From NCBI GenBank assembly GCA_030765145.1, contig JAVCDA010000082.1, forward strand, positions 27,152 to 91,151: 64,000 nucleotides of DNA. The letters are read 5' to 3'. The position numbers were made by a program, and so were the translations under genes. Source of the DNA: Candidatus Saelkia tenebricola. GTDB taxonomy: Bacteria; Omnitrophota; Gorgyraeia; Kaelpiales; Kaelpiaceae. The notes under the pieces were generated by a model that ran no database searches, had not been told where the DNA came from, and saw nothing but the letters and a program-made list of their open reading frames with translations. Every line of letters starts with the position of its first letter. Position 1 is the first letter of the stretch. Positions 30,220-38,930 of the stretch are shown here, piece by piece.

Positions 30220-31259
30220 ATTTCAGCACAAGGATAGTTATAAATTTCTTTAAATAATTCCCTAACAGTTGTTTCATATCCTTCATAAGTACTGTCTTGA
30301 GCAAGTTCAATCGCCGCTTTTAAAAATTTTATATCTTTTACCTTCTTTACAGTTTGGTAATTTCTTCCTACAATTTTAAAAACCTCAATACCGGATTTTA
30401 TTAATTCAAAAACCTCACACACCCGGCAAGGATCAATCCCTGTATCAAGAGAAAAATATTTTCTAATATTACTTTTTATTTTTGATAACTGCTTTTCTTC
30501 AACATCAGCTTGAATTTCAATCTTATAATCCAATATACAAGCGCTATCAACCCCCTTAATCAATTTGTTCAGTCCAAGTAAAAAGGGATATTTCCTCTGT
30601 TTCTCGAGGATTTTTAGATCCAGATTAGCTTTTTTCAAAATGTTCCATAGAAATGGGAGCGTATGCTCGCTAACACCATGATGGAAAGTGCAAAATCCAT
30701 CTATATTTTTGCAACCACTGTTTAAAACAAACACTTCCAAATCCATATCAGAATGATTCGCTTTGATATTTCTTATCTCTTCCAATGTTAACTGCCGGGG
30801 TAAAGTTATTCTAAAAGGTGAAAATCTTTTGTAAAACTCTATACTCCAAGAATTAAAACTAGTCGCACACGTACTAACTATTAGTTTCTGCTTTTTGAAT
30901 TCCTCTCTACTTTTCAAATAATCCATGATTCCTAAATCAGCGACAATAAAACCATCTACTCCTGCATCATGAGCATTTTGAATCTCTTGTTTTATAATTT
31001 CTTCTTGATTTCTGGTATAAAATGCATTCAGCGTCATCCAGACAGAAACACCAGATTCATGAGCAATATTAACAATCTTTTTCAATTCTCGATAATCGCC
31101 TAGATTAGCCGAGCTCCACTCTCTTCTATTGGGAGAACCGATATTAGTGTATTTCTCTCTCCAGCTTTTAGTTATAACTCCGCAATATAGTTCATCTGCT
31201 CCTGCTGATATAAGAGAAGAGACTTCATTCGCACTATTAGTCGGGGCAAGAATCTTCAT
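30204..31259 (-). CDS. peptidase U32 family Fe-S protein, UbiU-like
   Basis: MKILAP, AGADELYCG, DGFIVADLG, LPRQLTLEEI, EVFV..GC..IDGFC, KIVGR. Confidence 0.85.
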   Translation of the reverse strand: MKILAPTNSANEVSSLISAGADELYCGVITKSWREKYTNIGSPNRREWSSANLGDYRELKKIVNIAHESGVSVWMTLNAFYTRNQEEIIKQEIQNAHDAGVDGFIVADLGIMDYLKSREEFKKQKLIVSTCATSFNSWSIEFYKRFSPFRITLPRQLTLEEIRNIKANHSDMDLEVFVLNSGCKNIDGFCTFHHGVSEHTLPFLWNILKKANLDLKILEKQRKYPFLLGLNKLIKGVDSACILDYKIEIQADVEEKQLSKIKSNIRKYFSLDTGIDPCRVCEVFELIKSGIEVFKIVGRNYQTVKKVKDIKFLKAAIELAQDSTYEGYETTVRELFKEIYNYPCAEICYQR

Positions 31260-32556
31260 CCCAAAATTTCTCCCGCATTATGTTATCTCTTGCACCAACT
31301 TCGGTTATTCCCAATTCTACGGTCATAGCCCCTTTACCGCAATTCATAGCTATTTGTTCATCGAAACTAAACCTGTCACAGGCAGAAATGAAACCTAACA
31401 ACAAAAAATCTTTTGGAACTAACGATACATTGAACCCATTCTTTAATAAACTTCCGAGCTTAACAAATTTTAATAAATACTTGATTGTTCTAAAATTGAT
31501 AACACCCAGTACAATTTTAAAAATAACGATAATTGGCACAATTTGCTTAGCACTATCTGCCATTTTATCAATTTTTCTTTCGGCGAAATTCAGATTGACT
31601 ATATCACTTATCGACTTATTATTATCTCTAAGAATTAAATAATGCTGATTGTAAAAACACTTCCGGGAGGAAAAAAACCATAGTAAGAGATAGTATAATT
31701 TTTCAAATTTAAGAATTTCATCCCTTTTTATTAACTCAGGACTTTGTGCTTCTAAGGCATCAATCAGCTCATCAGGCATATAGAAAGAATCGGAAGAAAT
31801 TTCTCTGCCCTTGCCTAAAAACCTACAACCTAAAAAAAACACCTCTTTTATATTGCTATGTTTTAAGGCAAATTCTAAAATCCCAGCCATTTCTTTTTCA
31901 TTTACTCCTTTTACAATAGTTGCTTTTAAATCTACACTCAATCCGAGTTTTTTTAAATTATCAAGCGCTTTAAGTTTAATATTAAGTAGCTTCTTGCCTC
32001 TGATTTTCAGATATACTTCATCGCTAAAACCGTCAAACTGTAAATGCACCTCTTTTAAACCTGCTTGTTTAAGCTTCTTTATATAATCAAAATCGGCGAT
32101 TTTGATTCCATTTGTATGGAGTTCGGCAATATTCCCAGATTCAGAAACTAATTTTATAATTTCCGGCAAATCCCCCCTCATAGTAGGCTCTGCCCCCATA
32201 AGACCAATTTTGTAATTCTTTTTACCCCGTAAAAATTCTTTCAATTTTGAGAGTGGATAATCCTGCAGCTTGCTAACATTTGCATTAGCCAAACACATAC
32301 TACAGTTAAGATTACACTTTGAGGTAAGATGTACTAAAAAATCCCGCTGGGGGAAACTTTTTTTTATTAAATAAAAATAAACTTTTTGTAATTGCTTATA
32401 ATAATAGGGGTGGTTTGATATTAAAAGCCGGAAATCTCCATGAGTAGGACAATTTTTTTTTAGGAAAATCTTATTATCTTCCTCAATAATTTCAGCTTCT
32501 ATTTTATTTAAACATTCCGGACAAAGCGATTTTGTTTTTCTTAGTATTTTACTCAT
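31237..32556 (-). CDS. radical SAM enzyme, Tes/GDGT-MAS (MJ0619)-like with N-terminal rubredoxin-type motif
   Basis: TKSLCPEC-x20-CPTHG, CNLNCSMC, HLQFDG, GVNE, C-terminal D.FSFD..C; ATGA overlap with the upstream gene supports start at 32556. Confidence 0.78.
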   Translation of the reverse strand: MSKILRKTKSLCPECLNKIEAEIIEEDNKIFLKKNCPTHGDFRLLISNHPYYYKQLQKVYFYLIKKSFPQRDFLVHLTSKCNLNCSMCLANANVSKLQDYPLSKLKEFLRGKKNYKIGLMGAEPTMRGDLPEIIKLVSESGNIAELHTNGIKIADFDYIKKLKQAGLKEVHLQFDGFSDEVYLKIRGKKLLNIKLKALDNLKKLGLSVDLKATIVKGVNEKEMAGILEFALKHSNIKEVFFLGCRFLGKGREISSDSFYMPDELIDALEAQSPELIKRDEILKFEKLYYLLLWFFSSRKCFYNQHYLILRDNNKSISDIVNLNFAERKIDKMADSAKQIVPIIVIFKIVLGVINFRTIKYLLKFVKLGSLLKNGFNVSLVPKDFLLLGFISACDRFSFDEQIAMNCGKGAMTVELGITEVGARDNIMREKFWDEDSCPD

Positions 32557-33563
32557 TTCTTTAGCGCCATTAACCATTCAAATAATGTGTAAGGATTTAA
32601 AGCAAATAGATGATTATATTCCACATAACAGGACGCAGCACAAGCCTTACAAGGGGCAATAGTCATTGAATTAAATGCAGGTTGAAATCCATTTTCTAAT
32701 ATATTAGGCCCATATATCTTATCTACCAACAGCGAACAGGGAAATAAAGAACCATCTGTATCTATATTACAGAATAACTTCCCCGCCAAGCAATTTATCC
32801 CTCCTTTTTCATAATCTAAAGTCGGAACTTTATAATCCGGCCATTCTAAAAGATAATTAAGATAATTAAAGGAAGAAGCAATAGGAGCTTTTTGTTTTTT
32901 AAAATCAATTATTTTTTTAATAGCTTCCCTCAATTCATCATCAGAAGGATAAAGATGTTCATGATTCCTAGATAAATATTCGTTATGGTGAAGTATCTGG
33001 AACGTGGTTTTAAATCCATATCTCATAGCATAATTTATTATTTCTTCTATATACATAATATTAAATTTTGTAAGAACTGTTATTGTCCAGAACGGAATAT
33101 TATTATTTCTTAAGCATTCAAATGCCCGGATAGCTTTTTTAAAATTATCCTTTCCTCTAAGTTTGTCATGTGCTTCCTGGGGCCCATCAAATCCAATGTT
33201 TACATGATCTATTTTTTTAATATCCCGTAATTTCTCAGGCAACAATTGTCCATTTGTATCTAAAGTAACAAAAAATCCTTTTCTCTTAGAATAGCGGATA
33301 ATTTCTCCAATATCACTTCTTAAAAGAGGTTCTCCACCCCAGATACCTAGACGCTCACACCCGGCATGTTTTAGCTGGTCCAATATGTTAATAATATCAC
33401 TTGTTGTGAGCTCTACTTTTTCTCTTTCGGGAATAGCACAATAGAGACAATTAGAAGTACATCGATCTGTTACCGAAAACATAACATTTAAAGGCTTACG
33501 CCGATTTAAAACTTTATATCCTAAACTACCTAATCCCATTTTAAAAATATTTTTAGCTTTCAT
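32553..33563 (-). CDS. radical SAM/SPASM enzyme
   Basis: CTSNCLYC, GGEPLLR, CLAG..DGSLFPC..CKACAASC. Confidence 0.88.
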   Translation of the reverse strand: MKAKNIFKMGLGSLGYKVLNRRKPLNVMFSVTDRCTSNCLYCAIPEREKVELTTSDIINILDQLKHAGCERLGIWGGEPLLRSDIGEIIRYSKRKGFFVTLDTNGQLLPEKLRDIKKIDHVNIGFDGPQEAHDKLRGKDNFKKAIRAFECLRNNNIPFWTITVLTKFNIMYIEEIINYAMRYGFKTTFQILHHNEYLSRNHEHLYPSDDELREAIKKIIDFKKQKAPIASSFNYLNYLLEWPDYKVPTLDYEKGGINCLAGKLFCNIDTDGSLFPCSLLVDKIYGPNILENGFQPAFNSMTIAPCKACAASCYVEYNHLFALNPYTLFEWLMALKK

Positions 33564-34770
33564 ATTTACCAAAATAGTCTTTTAATACCCCCACCATATA
33601 TTCTATATCTACTTTACTTAACTTATGATGAATAGGCAGGTGAAGGATATTTTGCTCTATAAATTCAGCATTAGGACAACTAAAATTTTGTTCTCTAAAA
33701 GGATCTAACAGATGACAGGCTTTAAGAAAACCAATCGTGGAATCAACTCCTTTTTGAAGTAAATATCTTTTAAGATTTTCCCTGTTTTTAACCAGAACCG
33801 GAAAACTTAAATACACAGGATTTGATTTTGCATAAGGATGAGGATAAACTAAATGATTTTTAAAATCATTTAACAATAGAGACATATATTGTCCATTTTC
33901 TCTCCTTTGGTCATTCATTTCTTTAAGTACATTCAGTTGGCTCAGACCAAGACTTGCTTTTATAAATGAAGGATACTTGATCTCGTTGTCAAGCCCATCG
34001 CTTAATAAGATATTTTCTTTAAAAATTGTTTCCAGCAAATCATTTTTCCTAAACGCAAGTAACAGCGGATATAAAAATAGTGAAAAAATAACAGGATTGG
34101 AAAAAAGAACAAATAAGAAAGCTTTAATTATCTCAGCTACTACTTCCTTGTCTTCTCTTATCACCTCTTGACACATTGATTTTAAACCTTCATCGTCGGT
34201 AACAAGCATGCCTCCAGAAAGTGTTGTAAAATTTTTAGTAATGGAAAAGGAATAAAATGAAGCATGGCCAAAGCTTCCCGATAATTTATTTTCATACATT
34301 GCCCCCAAAGACTGAGCACAATCTTCTATTAGATACATCGTGTTATCTTGGGCAAATTTTATTATTTTATTCATATCAGCACTAAGTCCAAAAAGATTTG
34401 CTGATACAACAGCTAGGCAATCATTATATTTTTTAGAATCTTCTACTTCTAAAAGAAAACTTTCTCTTCCAACATCGAAAAAGATCGGCTTAAGATTTAA
34501 CTTTGATATCATAAGCGGAACTGATGGATGCGTAAAAGATGGCATAATAACTTTTTTTCTTTTATCTTGATAAGCTAAATTTTGCAGTATTAATTGGAGA
34601 GCACACCTTCCTGATGGAGTAAATATTGCATATTTTCTATTTAAAAAAGAAGCAAATTGTTCTTCAAATCTATTTATAATATTTGGAACATCTGCTTTCT
34701 TAAAAAAAACGCTAAAATCATCTAATTTAATAGCAGGGGAAAATCGTGGTATTATTTTAAACTTTTTCAT
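33553..34770 (-). CDS. DegT/DnrJ/EryC1/StrS PLP-dependent aminotransferase
   Basis: SGRCAL, IEDCAQSLGA, SFSITKNF (PLP Lys), GGML, LHLPIH. Confidence 0.88.
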   Translation of the reverse strand: MKKFKIIPRFSPAIKLDDFSVFFKKADVPNIINRFEEQFASFLNRKYAIFTPSGRCALQLILQNLAYQDKRKKVIMPSFTHPSVPLMISKLNLKPIFFDVGRESFLLEVEDSKKYNDCLAVVSANLFGLSADMNKIIKFAQDNTMYLIEDCAQSLGAMYENKLSGSFGHASFYSFSITKNFTTLSGGMLVTDDEGLKSMCQEVIREDKEVVAEIIKAFLFVLFSNPVIFSLFLYPLLLAFRKNDLLETIFKENILLSDGLDNEIKYPSFIKASLGLSQLNVLKEMNDQRRENGQYMSLLLNDFKNHLVYPHPYAKSNPVYLSFPVLVKNRENLKRYLLQKGVDSTIGFLKACHLLDPFREQNFSCPNAEFIEQNILHLPIHHKLSKVDIEYMVGVLKDYFGKYES

Positions 34771-34777
34771 TACGAAA

Positions 34778-36118
34778 TCAAATTAGAGGGTTAATTCCTT
34801 CTGCTACCTCTAATGCATTTTCAATACACTCATCCATGTTATTATACCAGAAAAGCCCCTGCCTCCCGGCAAGTTTTATATTCTTGAAAACTTTTAAATA
34901 ATCAAGGAAATCGTCCTTCTTTTCTACAAAATCTAGAGTATATACTGGATAAGCATTGTCTATTCTCTTAATTAGAATGTCTTGAATCTGAGCTGTTTTA
35001 TTAACAACCCTTATTTCTTTTAAATCGTTGAGGATTTTTTCTTTTAACTCTAAAGGAGAAAGTGAATATTCATCGCTTTTGTCATAACTTCTTTCTATTA
35101 TTATCGATGCCTTACCCGGCATCGCAAGATTACTCGAGAAACAAGATGGAATAGATAAACGATGGAATGATATATTTTTATCACTATAGTAACACCATTG
35201 AAATTTCTTGAGCAGATCTTGCTCTTCAAATAAGAGAAAAAATACTTGCAAGGGGTGATAAATCAACTTTAATTCTTTATAATTTAAAATCCTGGCTAAA
35301 ATAGTCAGAGGCGCTGTCCAGATAACCTGAGAAGGCAGAATAGCTTCATTCTTTAGAATAACTTTTGTAAGCTGTTTATCCTTAATCTCAATGTCGATTA
35401 CCTCTTCACTGGTCTTAATTACACCACCTTTGTCTTTTATAAGAGACATTAAAGTATCTGCAAACATCCCTACACCGTTTATGGGATAAAAATAATTTTT
35501 TGTAAACTTTTTTGATCTAAAAAGCATTAATGCTACATCTTTTAAGTTGCGGGAATATATCCTTTCATCTATGACAGCTTTTTCAATTCCAGCTTTTGCC
35601 CAAATCCAATGAATTTTATCTGCTGAACAGGACAAAAATTTATCTGATAAATTTTTGAAAAAAATATTATATATTGTTTTACCGTATCTATCTTTTATAT
35701 AACTTGCATAATTCACTTCTGGTTCAATGGAAACAATTTTAATATTAAAAACAAAATCTCTTAAAATCAAAAACAGTGTTTTAAAACGCAAATTGAAAAT
35801 ATCGATAAAAGACAACGGCCAATTAAAATATCTGCCCTGACAATAAATTAAACTAGACCTTTTGATTTCCTTAAGATTACTACCTAAAATTTGATAAATA
35901 TAATCAACAATTTCTTCGTTATTACTATAGAATCTATGAGGACCGATATCGAATTTCATCCCGTTATAATTGAGTGTTCTCCCTAATCCACCTACCTGAT
36001 TTTCTTTTTCTATGACAATTACAGACAAACCTTTTTTGATCAACTCATGAGCAACTACAAGACCTGTTAATCCTGCTCCTACAACTACAATCGGTTTTTT
36101 TATTATTTTATCTCCCAT
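34778..36118 (-). CDS. FAD-dependent oxidoreductase (protoporphyrinogen oxidase / UGM-like)
   Basis: GAGLTG, VGGL, FDIGPHRF, AYPVY, GRQGLFWYNNMD. Confidence 0.85.
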   Translation of the reverse strand: MGDKIIKKPIVVVGAGLTGLVVAHELIKKGLSVIVIEKENQVGGLGRTLNYNGMKFDIGPHRFYSNNEEIVDYIYQILGSNLKEIKRSSLIYCQGRYFNWPLSFIDIFNLRFKTLFLILRDFVFNIKIVSIEPEVNYASYIKDRYGKTIYNIFFKNLSDKFLSCSADKIHWIWAKAGIEKAVIDERIYSRNLKDVALMLFRSKKFTKNYFYPINGVGMFADTLMSLIKDKGGVIKTSEEVIDIEIKDKQLTKVILKNEAILPSQVIWTAPLTILARILNYKELKLIYHPLQVFFLLFEEQDLLKKFQWCYYSDKNISFHRLSIPSCFSSNLAMPGKASIIIERSYDKSDEYSLSPLELKEKILNDLKEIRVVNKTAQIQDILIKRIDNAYPVYTLDFVEKKDDFLDYLKVFKNIKLAGRQGLFWYNNMDECIENALEVAEGINPLI

Positions 36119-36119
36119 T

Positions 36120-37538
36120 TTACACTCTTGTTAACGAACGATATATATAAGGCAAAAATTTTATAGTGAAAACAGGATTTTTAACGAAATTTATTAACCC
36201 TGAATTATTTATAATAGACCAAATCACTCCGGATCTAAAATAAAACTCCCGATATGCCTTCCTCTTTAGCTTATATAAATCCTTCTCTTTTAAATCATTA
36301 GGAATAAAATATGGCCGTGTATTTAAAATATTATTCTTTGTGTATTCTTTCCAGTAATCAACAGGAAAATATCTCTCATCAAGCGCCCGCCTATAAATCT
36401 CTGTTTTTGGCAATCCTATTGTAATTGTAAAGCTCGCCCAATCCAACGGTAAAGTTTTTGCAAAATCAATGGTTTTTAAAATGCTTTCATATGTTTCCCC
36501 TGGATAAGCAAGCATAAAATAACTTCTCAACTCAAATCCATTTTTTTTTGCAAGCCTTGTTTTTTCCCGGATTTCTTTTAAATCTAATCCTTTATTCATT
36601 TCATCTAATGTGCTTTGGTTACCTGATTCAATTCCAAGATTTAATCTATAGCATCCAGCACTTCTAAGAGCTCTAAGGATATCTTTATCCAACAAATCGA
36701 CCCTGGTTCTTATATTCCAGATAAATTTTAATTTCCTTTTTGCTATGAGATCACATATTTTAAATACCCTTTCTTTCTCAATTGCAAATGTTTCATCAAA
36801 AATAATAAGCTCTTTTATCCCGTATTTATTAATAAGTATATCCATCTCTTCTACAACATTTTCAGCACTACGAGCCCGATACTTACCTAAATAACCCTGG
36901 AAACAAAAATTACATTTATAAGGACACCCGCGAGACGTGATCATTGTAAAAAATGGATATTTTACAGTTAGTGCAAGATATTTTTTATAAGACAATAAAT
37001 CTATAGCTGGGAAAGGGATACCATCTAAATTCTCTATCTCAACTCTGGGAGAATTTATAATTACTTTGCCATTTTCTTTAAATATGCACCCATCGACATT
37101 AATTAATCCCTGTTTTTGATTAATCCTCTTAAGTGTTTCTATAATTGTATGCTCTCCTTCACCAAAGATGCCAAAATCAATTGCATCTGCTTGCAATGAT
37201 TCTTTTGGATATACTGACAGCTGTGGCCCTCCTACACCGATAATGATATCAGGCAACGTTTTTTTTACGATTCTTGCTATAGCAACAACATCTTGCCATA
37301 GCAATGTTGTAGCAGTAATTAGTAAAATATCGGGGGCAATTTTTTTTACAAATTTCTCAAAAACATTTATATTAAAAAAGTATGTTTCTAAATCTAAAAT
37401 TTTAACGTTGTTACCGCTATCTCTTAGCACCGAAGCAATATATGCCAATCCTAAAGGAGGATAAATCCCGGTAATATTTGTTTGTAAAAAAGTTCCATTT
37501 TTTCTGGTTTCCTGCGGTTTAATTAAAAGTACGTTCAT
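36120..37538 (-). CDS. cobalamin-dependent radical SAM enzyme
   Basis: PPLGLAYIAS, GEGE, TSRGCPYKCNFC, GIESG. Confidence 0.9.
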   Translation of the reverse strand: MNVLLIKPQETRKNGTFLQTNITGIYPPLGLAYIASVLRDSGNNVKILDLETYFFNINVFEKFVKKIAPDILLITATTLLWQDVVAIARIVKKTLPDIIIGVGGPQLSVYPKESLQADAIDFGIFGEGEHTIIETLKRINQKQGLINVDGCIFKENGKVIINSPRVEIENLDGIPFPAIDLLSYKKYLALTVKYPFFTMITSRGCPYKCNFCFQGYLGKYRARSAENVVEEMDILINKYGIKELIIFDETFAIEKERVFKICDLIAKRKLKFIWNIRTRVDLLDKDILRALRSAGCYRLNLGIESGNQSTLDEMNKGLDLKEIREKTRLAKKNGFELRSYFMLAYPGETYESILKTIDFAKTLPLDWASFTITIGLPKTEIYRRALDERYFPVDYWKEYTKNNILNTRPYFIPNDLKEKDLYKLKRKAYREFYFRSGVIWSIINNSGLINFVKNPVFTIKFLPYIYRSLTRV

Positions 37539-37910
37539 TCCTATTGATAAACAAATAATACTTATATATATGTAACATTAAACTTCTCAAGCTTTAAATA
37601 GTCCTGTTTTCATTACCCCCATCTATATCGATGCAGATTGCATCTTGCGGGTAAAAATCAACGTAACGCTTTTAAGTACTCCCATACAGTTAGTGGCCTT
37701 TCTCTATAACAGTAACAATTAAATGCATTGCTTCAATTTAAATAGTAAAACAGCTGATGTCATCACACTGCTTAACCATTGCATATATCTACCTTAGAAA
37801 TAAACCTACTTAGACAAATATCAAACATTATTTTTGAAGCTTTTTTACTAATCAAAAATATTGCCGATTTCTATTTGTCTGTAATTATTTTTTATAACAA
37901 CACATACATA

Positions 37911-38765
37911 TTATTCTTCTTGATATACCCCTACAAAGTTTGGATATAAAATCTGATCTTTTATTGACTCAAATTCCTTTTGATCTAAAAGAGTAGTATC
38001 AACAACTTTTACATTCTCTGGAGCTAAACAATCAAACATATTATCTAAAACCTCAATGTTAATTTGAATATTCTTGATGTCATACGCATATATAAGTTGA
38101 TCGTTAGTATAAATCTTAATTGCTGATAGTAACCCATTATCTGCATCAATCCAAATTTTCCCAATAAACTCAGTAATACCTTGGGATGAAGCTATTACCC
38201 CTTCATCCACCCTTGGCAGATGTTCTCGATGAATATCAACAACATAATATTGTTTATTATCGTTGCTTTCTATTTTAAATGCAATGGGGTTAAACTCAAT
38301 GAGTTCCTGAAAAATACAAGGTTTTGTAAGCACGCTGTTTTCCATAGGGTCAAATAAAACTACATGTTTTTCCCCAATTGCTAATCTTAATTGATCCAAA
38401 TTGCTTTCTTCCATTACTCCCTGAAATTTATCATAAAACACCATAATACCATTTTTGATTGTCAATATACTGAGATTTACACCGCCATATTCTTTTGGAA
38501 TATTTACTTCAATCTTTAACCCAACGTCTTTTTTATAAACACATTTGCCCTCTAATTTCGTGACACCTCTTGAATTTATTCTGGTCTCTGCAAAATCTGC
38601 TTTATAACTATCAACCTGTTTTGATTTTTGATAAAGTAACCTTATTAAATCAACAAACTCTTCTTCTCCATTTTCCGCCGCTCTAACTGAAAAAGGCAGA
38701 TAGAACATAATACTCATAGCAATACCCACAATCAATAGCACCTTCACATTTATCTTACTAAGCAT
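37911..38765 (-). CDS. periplasmic LolA-like (lipoprotein/lipid carrier fold) protein
   Basis: signal peptide, SYKADF, KIWIDADNG, NIQINIEV..F...PENVKVVD; GGGAGG SD. Confidence 0.65.
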   Translation of the reverse strand: MLSKINVKVLLIVGIAMSIMFYLPFSVRAAENGEEEFVDLIRLLYQKSKQVDSYKADFAETRINSRGVTKLEGKCVYKKDVGLKIEVNIPKEYGGVNLSILTIKNGIMVFYDKFQGVMEESNLDQLRLAIGEKHVVLFDPMENSVLTKPCIFQELIEFNPIAFKIESNDNKQYYVVDIHREHLPRVDEGVIASSQGITEFIGKIWIDADNGLLSAIKIYTNDQLIYAYDIKNIQINIEVLDNMFDCLAPENVKVVDTTLLDQKEFESIKDQILYPNFVGVYQEE

Positions 38766-38930
38766 AATTTCGCCTCCCTTTATACTTATTACATTATTTT
38801 TATTTCTACTCCATTACACTTCTTTCCTTCATTATTATACACCTGGGAACCGATTCTTTGCCAAGCTTTTTATTTACCTTAAAGTTCACACTTATCCTAA
38901 CATTCTGAGCCCGCCCCTTGCTTGAATAGA

